Of a stretch of 64,000 nucleotides of DNA, positions 36,901 through 48,900 are shown in pieces. Origin of the DNA: Owenia fusiformis (lineage: Eukaryota); the NCBI GenBank assembly GCA_903813345.2, contig CAIIXF020000001.1, positions 16,616,001 through 16,680,000 of the forward strand, given 5' to 3'. How positions within the stretch are numbered: position 1 is the first letter of the stretch; every line of letters starts with the position of its first letter. The notes beneath the pieces are model-generated. The model saw only the letters and a list, made by a program, of their open reading frames with translations, ran no database searches and was not told the origin of the DNA. A program made the translations under genes and the position numbers.

Positions 36901-39900
36901 GTTTTGGCAGGTAACACAAGGATAAGTGAGCAGACGAAAAATATATTTGAGTTAGCAAAGACTCAAATATGGTAGTTAATAGAGGGCTGATTAGTCATTA
37001 TGATATGAGGGGGAGGTGTTAAACAAAGAGAAAGTAATAAAGCGAGATTTCAGTCTCCCAAGAACAAGAATAATATTAATAAATATAACATGTATATAAA
37101 TAGATATTACCTGTTTTTATGTTTTAATACATGAGATATATTATAACAATTAAACGAGTATTCTATATGGGATAATACCATGAGTATGATGCTCAATCAT
37201 TTCAATGCTTTGTCATGAATATTACCACAAATTGCCTTCTCAGTGTGTGTGAGAAGAAAGTCTGGTAATATGGAGTTAATCTGTTCAGAGGTTTCTTTAT
37301 TCAAGTAGCGATTAAACATCAGACTGATGTGTTACTGCATTCATTCTATTTGAGACAATCAATAAAGCAGACAGCCAGCTCTATACTGGGTAATGTAACA
37401 ACATTAATATATCCACATATCTCTGGCTTTTCTTCCATCTTGAATTCATGAAATCTCCTTTACTTAAGAGCAGGAAATGCTTTGAGTATTTTTTTATTCC
37501 TTGCAATATATTATGACCATTATTTTTTATTGTTACACTTAGCTTATCATTGGATTGTTTATGATATTTCTGTTTTAATGAATGTATAATGTTAATAAAT
37601 AAATTGTTATTTATCATAATCAAATTGTTCATCGAATGTTATAATAAACTGAATTGTTATTTATCATAAACAAATTATTTGATAGATTATGTTATCAAGA
37701 ATACCTGATTTTAAAAGTTACTTGAAATTAAAGGATTTTTTAAATATAGGAATCAAAAGTGAATAAAATAAAAGTGAAAAGTACAAGTAATATGCATTTC
37801 ATTTAAGGCCTTTAAAGTAGCAGCCAAGACCTGTTTTCTGATAAGTAGTATGAAGCATTTAACAATGACTGTTACTTTAATAATAAAAAAAGTAATTGCG
37901 CATCTATGCTTCTGATTATTCTCCTGGTTGCTATACCAATGAAACCATACGAAATGTGAGATGCTCAACATGAACATATATCTTTAGGATTCTTCACATG
38001 ACTGTTTGACATATTCTTTTAGCTGTGAGGTTAATCGTCTTTTCAGGTATTGGAGTTACACAATGCAATTCTGTAATATCAATATATGCTGAACATGGAT
38101 CGCCTCCTATCAATGATGCTCTCGCGATTTTCCTGTCTTTGGATTCTAGAAATTGACATACTATCTTATACAATGCACTTATTATATATAGCTGCATTGT
38201 TATTATATCTAAGAATTTAATTATAAGGATATTTTATCTGATGTTAATTATCACAATATAACAAAACTGTCATAATCATGCTGTAGAGAGCATGTTTTGA
38301 GCTCAATTGTCTTGATTGTTTGTACATGTCTATTCTGGTTCCTTACTTTATTGGAACATGTCATTAATATTTCATTTCTTGATTATGTACAATAGGCTCG
38401 GCTTTCTCTTTTTATCTGACAACTCTCAGAACAACAAAAATCTAGATTACATTTATATCAATATAGGTGCCTGTGCTAAGATAATATATAAGTTTCAGTC
38501 CTATTTTAACAAGTTTAAAGTGTGACTTTTGCCTTTTTAGAGAAATGTTAGCTCAAATATTGATAACATTAAGGTTACAATAAACTATTGACAAGTATTT
38601 TAAGAAAGTCCCGAACGTATATCTTGTGAACTTTATAGAGAAAACCTAAGAAGATATCACCGAATATAAACATGTACGTGTGTACAAGACTTACTTAGCT
38701 TAGAATAAAACTTAAGACTTAATGATTGAGACAGTTGTTCAGTAGATAGATAATATGTAATGGCTGACAATTCCCCAATAATTTATGTTTCTATGAGTTA
38801 TCGCTATAGCTCTTATAAGGTTTTACCGCTTTGGCTCACTGCTTTGAATAGCATACTAATATTGTCTAATATCCGTCGGAACCATCTCTCGTCTTGTCTT
38901 ATATTTCAGATAATATTGGTGTACATCTTACTAGATGTTTTACATTTTTGACATGATTTTATAGTACAGGGTTAAATTTAACTTAGGCTAACCTGATTTC
39001 ATTAACGTAAAACAATAGCATTTTAGCAGTTAGTTGCTATGGTTATCATAAAGATGTGTCAAACTTGTAAAGTTGGTTTACAATTGCAGTTTGAATAAAT
39101 TTAATTACAATCATACCATTTTAATTGTTAATTTGTAGGATAGTGATCACAGTTCTATTGAAACTGCTTATGATTTATGGCTTGTGTTTTCATTCTGTTA
39201 AATGTTTTAGAAATGGCATGATACATTGTTGTAATGCAAATTTAAGTTAAAACAACATGTAGACTTCAAATACATATGTGTTAGTAGGTTTTGATTGATC
39301 TAACATTCAAGCATATTGGTGTGTTTAATTATAACAATAGAATGAATCCTTCGATATATTGTAGAGTCTGAATATAAATCTTTTGAGTCACAATGCAGTA
39401 CATTAATCGTTAATGATAGAAAGTAGATACTTTTGCAGTAATACACAAGGTCAAAATGTGACGAAGAAATTAACATGGCATATTCGGCCTCTCATTCCAG
39501 TGTATATGACATCATAAATGATATATATATCCCATCTTTATTAATATATTGTATCATGAACAGATAGAAAATACATTAATTCCATAAGTGGTTTCAATAT
39601 CCATAATTAAATTAATGTACCGTTTGATTTGCCATGATCAGAAGAGCAAGCAGGTCACTGGGAAATGTTTTCCCTTCTCATATTAATGCAAACCTGTAAT
39701 TTCTTGCCGTTTCAACAGCTGGGTGAAATACTAAATAGAAAAGCCTCAAATTCATAGAAAGCGCAAATAAACTGGTATTTAAATGAAGTACAGTGGTTTA
39801 CATATAGGTTATTATTACACTATCACCACAAGGCAGTAGCGATATACATTGATTTTATCCAGAAAATACCGCAAATACATCAGCTATAAAATTGTAACAG

Positions 39901-42900
39901 AAGACAGGGTATATTATTGAGCTAGGAATATATTAATGAGTATCTAGTTGAACTGAACATGCAAAGTTGATCAGAAAAACCATAGACAAATAAAGCTATA
40001 GAAGCGACTAAGAGGCAACCGATGCCATCCTTGTTGGCTATTGATTGCGAATAACAACTCTACAATAATTATCCCTTTAGCATTTGGATCAAACTGTTAT
40101 TGCTTAGCTATCAAGTAACAAAGATCTAGTGAAACCAAGATGGCTTCCTCATCTCGATTATCTATTTTCTTGGTAGTTGACATTTTGTTGCAGTATGCGA
40201 TGATATAAATAGAAGTTGGCTTCTATGAATCACATGCATGTACATGTTCAATTGACATTGATGTTTCATTTATTATGGTAAGAGACTGAAACTGAGATAT
40301 TAAGCTGTTGTCTAGTTAAATCCGGATTTTATTCATGATAAATAGATAATACCTTGATGTCAGTAGGAGATGCTACATGAAATATATTCCATTTAACAAT
40401 ATCGATATGAGCCAATGGCTTTGATACTATCAAAGTGTTACATCAAATCAAAGTTACTCTTGAAAATTCTCATTCTGAAAAATCAGATTATGAAAGCCCT
40501 CATGAATTTCTCTATGCGTTGGAAATTGTGATGACAGACATTGTTCTGAGTCAAAGATATAAGCACTGACCTTTAATTACTGTGGTTGGGCTTTATGGTT
40601 TTCTTGTTCAGGTTTAGATGGTTTTGAAGTTTGAAAGTCAGCAGTAAGATTCTTGTTTGGTATTCTTAGATAGTTTGTGGAATTGAATCTATTGTAGACA
40701 CAGTATAGTCTACATATTATATTTACATATCATCTGTCTTAAATAATCATTATAGTGTGTTTATGAGTTGGGTCTCTTGGTGCATTTCTTCTGCTTGTGT
40801 TTGAGTCTCTCTTGACATAAACATCACATTGTTTTTATATTGTTTTTTTAATGGGCCACATATAGAATAAATACAGCAATGAGAATATCAACAGTAGTAA
40901 GTTTTTTGTTAGCATCATCTATACGTACAGTATATACGTACAGTATAAATAAGTGGTGTTTGAACTTAGATTTCATAATTCAACTCTCGGTCTCATTTTA
41001 AACCTTGTAACAGTATTGTACATACACCATATTGTAATATTGTCAAGAGATGTTGTATCTATTGTTCTGTGACAAGTTAACCCTCGAAATTGAAACACAA
41101 GTGAAAGTTTTAATCTTATTTGTTTCAGCTTTTCATACTGTTAAAGAAAAATAGATATATGGAATATTAAAGTTAAGAAGAAGTTGCCTAAACAGAGGGT
41201 GATTTTTTGCCTTATTTACCTTATTTTTTAAACAGAACTTTGAAGTGACGACCATTTTCAATTTATGTATTGATATTTGGTTATAGTCCAAGTTCAAAGT
41301 AGTGCACTCCTGCAAAACTACTCTGTGTTTATTGAGCGAAAAGATAATATGGCATGTTTTATTGGTAGAACATTATTGACAATTTACAACATAAATTTTG
41401 AAATAGATCTGGCAAAAATAGTATCTGCCATCTTTCTGTGAATATTATATTAAAAATATGATTTTGATTGAATAGAATATTTCTGAATAATAATGTCCAT
41501 TGTTAAGATAATTATTATTAGGTTTTGAGTTCTTCTATCAACACATGCAGTTTTTAGGTCATTACTGTCAGTTGGAATACTATATTGTAGTAAATATGGT
41601 CCCAAATTGTATCAAAATTATGAAGATGACTAATTTTTCCATCTAGATCCATCAAGGTATGTAATGACTGAAGGAATACACTGGTTTAACAGTATTAATT
41701 TTTGACGGTTAAAGTGAAAGTCAGAATCTGTAAGCCCATTCAGCAATTTAGATTTAATTTGATATTGATAAATGCTGTTGTATATATGATAAACTGTATA
41801 TAGCATTATCATATGATGGGGAAAATAATTGTTTACTGTACTAAAAAGTGAAAGAAAACTTTTAATTATTATTAATCCTTCATAATAAAAGATAAGAAGG
41901 AGCTCTGAATCAAAAATAATGTTGTCTTTTGTCACCCAGAGTTATAATCATGTGCCATATTTGTATGTTTCAGCAGGTGCCTCCCCATTCACTGGAGCCA
42001 GCATACCACCCTTTCCTCCATTTGGACAGATCCCTGCGGGGTATTCGATGTTCGGCCATCATCCATTGTTCCCAGGGGCGCCACCTTTTGGTGGGTTAGG
42101 TTCTCTGGCAGATATTGGAAGTCCATTGAGATCACCCCTCCAACCAAGCCTCAGTCCCACCACAAGTAAGTTGTGTATATTTCTGTAAAAAGAGCGTCAT
42201 CCCCTTTGCTTTGATTGCAAGGATCAGGGAATTAATTAACATCAGAAATGATGTCACCTGTTAACCCCTTTTATATATACAGTAAAACCTGTTTTAGTGA
42301 ACACCTCTCACTAGTGGACACCTGTGTTTAGTGAACACCACTTCAAGACATAATTTACATTGACTCCCTGTATAGAATCCCCTCTCTGTAGTATACACCT
42401 AGCTACAGTAAACACATTTTTGTGCTTCCATAGGTGTTCACTTTCTACAGGTTTTACTGTACTTTGTATAATTATGTTATTAAGGAATAAGTTGAATTGA
42501 ATTTTAAAGAGAGAATCAGATCTAGCAAGCAGGCCAACAAAAAAATGTTTCAATTTTAGAATATTTCTGGCTTATGTCATTCCTTGTCATGTCTATTTTC
42601 TAAAAATCCCCAAAGTGCACACTTTTTCTCAGGAAAACTCAAGATTTTTACAATTATGTATTATTTTTCTATAAGAATGGTTACCATTCTTATTATTTGG
42701 GAGAATTTAAACATTTTCACCCATTTTTGAACATTGGATTCATAATTACTTCCCCAATTTAAAACACATCGTGAATCTTTTGGGAGATATTGTATTTGAG
42801 ATTGTAAAGAATAGATTAATAGGTCAATTGTACATGTTGGTTGCAATTTTTTCACCCCTGTATCTCTGATTCTGCCTTTAAAAAAACTATTTCTAGCAAG

Positions 42901-45900
42901 AAATATCATAATTGAGCATTAATTCACTTAACCAGATTAATCTGAAAAACTGTGTTTTGTTTCATTAACAATACAAAGTGATTAAATAACACTTGAAAAT
43001 TTCCTACGGTTACTGTGATTCTTTAAACAATGTGCTGTGTTACAAATATTTAGACTGTTAGTCCAGATGTGTGAAGTGTTTTGGCTATGTAGAGTTTTTG
43101 ATGGTCTCAACATTATGATTTGTTTAACATTTCACTTAGTATGCCAATGTGACCACCTACATCATAGAACTGGAAAACATGATGTATTTTCATTGGCATC
43201 TTGAATTTGCTGATGACATCTTTCAACATAGGATATATATGATTTTATGTTCATGTAGAGTATAGATATGGCCGTGAGAGTCGTACATGTAAAATTATTA
43301 ATATAAAATTAATATAAATAAATATTGAGCCAATTAACACAAAAGACAATACCTTTGAAAATAATGGCTAATTTAAGTTAATTAGCTACAAGAGTTTACA
43401 ATTAGACATAACTGTTAATTAGCTCAATTGGATATATTATAATACCATCTCCAACTCATCTTCTTGGGCGAAAATAAGGCTCCAACTGGTGGTGTAAGCT
43501 GGGGAAGGAGGTGAGGGAAAAGAATCGAAATGTATAACTTACATTGATGTTAATGGATTTTGTACGCACCTAGGGAGAAAACCCTCCAACTACAATCCTA
43601 TCGATATCTCGTCTAAAGTCTCATCTCGTACTCTCGAGATCTGAAGCTTGATGTTTCGTTCAGTGTAACTTACCAGAAACATTTACCTGGGATAACCGGG
43701 GTATGGTCTTCTTAGGGCTTGTTCATACCTAAACCTTAACCGACTCTCACATTGCCATAAATGAAATTATTGTCAATAATTTGAATTTATGTTCATGTAG
43801 AGTATAGATATGGCCGTGAGAGTCGTACATGTAAAATTATTAATATAAAATTAATATAAATAAATATTGAGCCAATTAACACAAAAGACAATACCTTTGA
43901 AAATAATGGCTAATTTAAGTTAATTAGCTACAAGAGTTTACAATTAGACATAACTGTTAATTAGCTCAATTGGATATATTATAATACCATCTCCAACTCA
44001 TCTTCTTGGGCGAAAATAAGGCCATGCGCGATCTCTCGCGAGAGCCCAAAAGAAAAGAAGATTAATTAGAAAGTAGTTAAATCATTTAATGATACACACA
44101 AATCAATACATGAATACCAAATTATAAGAACATCATAGAAATGAACTAAAGTAAATCTGTAAATTCTGAAATATGGATGGACAAATTAATGTAATGTAAT
44201 ATGCTGTAAATCTCAGGTAAGATAAAGGAATTAGAATTGAATGAAAATTTTTGAATTCAGAAAGTGCGGGTTTATCTCAATTAAATTTCTAGTACATCAT
44301 GAAGAAAAAAAAAACAAAAACAGTAGCTACTTGAAATTTGCATGCTCGACACCTGTTTGAGCCGACTTTGGGGTTTACATGAAAATTGAATACTCGACAC
44401 CTGTCTGAGCAACTTTGGGGCTTTAATGAAAATTGCATACTCGACACCAGTCTGAGTTTAAAAATGTCTACCTAATATATTTTTAATGAATGTATGTATG
44501 TCATCTCCCAATCTTATGATAGTATAGTCATCAAGTCCAAGATTTGAGGCCCATGTAGCTCCGCCTATCCGCAAACTGTGGCATTTATAGAAGGTAGGAT
44601 CTACCTGACATTGAACAAAGAGTTTGTGAAGAAAATTGTTAAATACAGAAGTATTCACTGGAGCATCTCTATAAATGAAAAGAGGACCTGATTTAAAGGA
44701 CCTATGTTCAGGTACAACTTCATATGTAATACTGGACAACAAGATGGTAATTGAGAATAAATTGATATCGTAGCAGGAGATGAGCTATGTTTAAAATGTG
44801 AAAAAGTAATAATGAAAAAGGCTTCATCGGGAGAGAATTTAATACTTCTAACTGTAAGTTGTGTCCTGCGGAAGTACTTGTCAACTCACTACTTCTTAGT
44901 AAGCCAAAAAGGCTGTAGATAACATAGCTCTGTACAAGACTTGAGCAAAAGGGTCAAAATCTACTTCAGAAGTTTTTAGAAACCATTTGTTCTAACAAGG
45001 GTGTGTTGATTGGCAATCTAGTGTCTATGCTAGGATTTTTTAACAAAAACCAGAAACTATTTGAGAGACTACATAAGAAGTAGTGGGATCCTTGAAATTG
45101 TTAATTATGAAAATATGATAAAAATGATATACCAGACAGAACTGACTTGAATGAATTAGGGGGATAATTCTTTAAACGAAGATGTGCTGCAAAAAGGCTA
45201 GCAGAGGCTGGGGTTAGAGGAAATTCACCTATACCTGTCTGGGAGTTGAACTGTACTAATAAATCATATGACTTTCTGGTAGACGGGGCTTGGGCAGCTT
45301 GAAGTGCTTCTAAAAAGATAAAAAGTAACAAAAATGTTTCTAGATAAAGCGTCAGCAGCAGAATTAAGAATACCAGCAATGTGTTCACTTTGAACATGAT
45401 ATTGTTAAAGAGACATTTTAATATATAGGAAGTAAGAGTTGCATGGACGTTTGATTGCTGGTAGAAAATTTATTTCGGTATGTTCACTACTGCTTCATTG
45501 TCAGAATGCAGGATAACTGTGTGTCCAGACATAAGTTTTGCCTATGTAAGTATAGCAGTAACAATAGGATATAATTCAAGAATATTGATGTCCAATTCTT
45601 GCCATTCTGATGGCCATTCCCCTTTAAACCAAAGAATATTGCAAACGGCTCCATAGCCTATCGTAGTAGAAGCATCGGTAAAAGATGCAATTGTTCTCTT
45701 GTCTCTTGTTCTTCTGTAAGGAAAATAGATTTCCCAGTAAAGGGAATTAGAAACTATTTCCACAATAATAAATCCTGCATAGATGGAGTGTTGATTAAGA
45801 TTTTATAATGTAGCTCCTTCATTTTTAGATAGATGAATAAATAATGAAATAAATGATCTACCGAAAGGAATCACACAACAACAGTAGCTAGGGAATCCTA

Positions 45901-48900
45901 TAGCAGATAAAAGTTCTCTTTGAGACTTTCTTAGGTTTTGGCTTAATGGTAAAGGGGTTGATGTTACATAAAGTGTCAATGATTGTTTTGCCATTTCCAT
46001 GAGCAAACAAGCTTCTAATGGTCTTACACAAGAAGCAACCTTTTCCTAAATGTTTTATAATATCTATGGCTTGTTGTACGGTTGCATATTTAACTGTAGA
46101 AGTTTCGTCTGGGATAGTATCATTATGGATTGGCCTCTGGGATGTGATAAGTTGTGAATAACACAGAATTCACCTGGAGATTTTTAGGAACGAGAAATAA
46201 GGGTGAAATAATATCAAATGGTGGCTGGTCAAAAGGTACAAGTATTCTACCAGCTTCAAGCTCTTTGTTTAATTTTTTGAGAGCTTCTGGGTTCTTAGAT
46301 ATGATGACAAATTATCATGAGTAATGTTGTAATGTTCTGGCAAATCAGAGTGAGGAAATTTAAATCCGTACTAGAAACCATGAACTGTTTATTCTTGATG
46401 TTCATAGCCTTCAAGCCAATATCTGAGTCTTTCAGGTTTAACTGGAGTAACAACTTGTGTTGACATAAGTTCACTCGAAGGGTTTTTTGGAGTCTCCAGT
46501 ACCTGAGCGCTTTTTGTTGGGGAATTGGGCTTGCCTGCCGTTGTTGCGGGAGTAACATTTTGCAAGTTGGGCAGGTGTGGTTAAAGGGACAAGGGGATAT
46601 ATATTTCAAGAGGTGAGGGGTTTGATCATGAAATCTTTGGGTATAGACAGCAATAAATATACTGAATGCTCGGACCCATTCTGGAAATGAAAGGATTTTT
46701 CCTTCTTTGAAAGGTTTAAATTCAAATGTTTTGATTCAAAAGAATTGTCAGATTACATCTCACAGAGGACATAATCATTGTTTTTGTCTTCTTCAATACA
46801 ATCATGAATCAATACATGAATACCAAAATATAAGAATATCATAGAAATGAATTAAAGTAAATGAAATATGGACAAATTAATGTAATGTAATATGTTGAAA
46901 ACTGGGAATTGGATTTATTGAAGCTACTGACACCTGTCCTTGTAGCATGGCATTTGTGTTGGGAATTAATCCATAAGCTGTAGAGACGGGTTGGGAATTA
47001 TGAAAAGCTGAAAGGTTAGTAGAGACTGGAGGGATGAAAGGGTAGGGTTGGATATTAGCGCTTGATGCAAAAGATGGAATAGGGCGAGTAATAGATGCTG
47101 TGGGTCTATTTAGAGAGAATGAAATGTTGGGTTGGAATGGAAGATGTAGTGGAATAAGAAGGGAAAGGGGATAAGGGAAAAGTTGTTGTAAAGTTGCCCC
47201 TTATTAAAGTGGGCATAGACTTGGTTGCAGTCAGGGTATAAGAAGTGTGATACTCTTCAATAGTAATACTTGGGTTAGGTCCTTCAGTTTCAGACATTGC
47301 AGTGAAATAATTAGTAGTTATATAGAGGGTAAGCAAATTCAAGACATAAAAACATTTAGATAAATATAAATAGAAGCACATGCTCCATGTTAGATGTATA
47401 TAAATATGATGCCCATAAGGCTAATCATAATAAATATGATTTAGAATACACTGCATAAATAAATGCATATGATATATAAAGATTATGAATTATCATAATA
47501 TAAATATGATGCCCATAAGGCTAATCATAATAAATATGATTTAGAATACACTGCATAAATAAATGCATATGATATATAAAGATTATGAATTATCATAATA
47601 TAAATATGATGCCCATAAGGCTAATCATAATAAATATGATTTAGAATACACTGCATAAATAAATGCATATGATAAATAAAAATTGAATTATCATAATATA
47701 AATATGATAACCTTTAAGAATAAAGGTAAAGTATACAATGCATGAATAAATGCATATGATATATAAAATAATATGAATTATCATAATATAAATATGATAA
47801 CCTTTAAGAATAAAGGTAAAGCATACAATGCATGAATATGAAATATAAAATAATATGAATTTTATCATAATATAAATATGATAACATATCATGTCTAAAG
47901 GTATAGTATACACTGCATGAATAAATGCAGATGATATACAAAATAATATATATTTATCATAATATAAATATGATAAAATATAAGTAAACAGGAAACTAAA
48001 TTTCCTAATATAAGTATAGTACTTATGAAGGAAAACTAAGTGAATAAACTAATGTGAAAAGTTAACGACTCTCTGGCTTATGTTTGGTTAGAGAAGAGTA
48101 GCCGTCTCTTCTAATGTTAAGTCTAATTATTATTACCTAATAAATGTAATCAAGAAATATCAGGACTGCGCCTTCCCAGGACTTGACGAAACGCTTTTCC
48201 CCTTTGCATTGAGATGTATGGGATCGTAGGAGTAATCTATCAAATTTGACCATTGATTCTATATTGGGTAGTATGTGGGTGATGTAGGAACAAAAGTCTA
48301 TTGCCCTTATGATGATGAATATCATTTTACAATTTGAAATTGGTAGATAAAATATTGAATTATATTGAATGCCTTCTGAAGCAGTATTGATCGAGGATTT
48401 GAAAGGATGCCATGAGCGTTGAAATAGTTCTCAATATAAAAGGCTTTTAATGAAGGATGTATATCTAAATATTGTTCAGCCAAAGTGATGAGATTTTTTG
48501 CAACAAAGGTAGATGATCTATGAACCAGATCATTTTTTCCTAGCTGTAATATAGCCATATCTGGATAGGGATTTTTATATTTTACATCATCTGAAATTGT
48601 TTAATTGTATATACAATGATGGTATTATAGTTAACTATGTCTTCCTTTAATTTAAAGTCAAAAAGGTTAGATTCTTCTATTTTCCGAACAAAACTGTCCT
48701 ATAATGCTGACCCTAATAACATTAGGCATCTCTAATTGTCTTGTAAAATGGGAGAAGAAAGGTAAGGATATTATTGACTCCTGTCTTATCCTCAGAGTAA
48801 AGTTTATTATGTGCAATAAGGTGTCAGAAATATAGAAGAAAAGGAATAATTAGCTCTCTCAAGAGATAAATATATATCAAATAATAAAATGAAATCTGTA

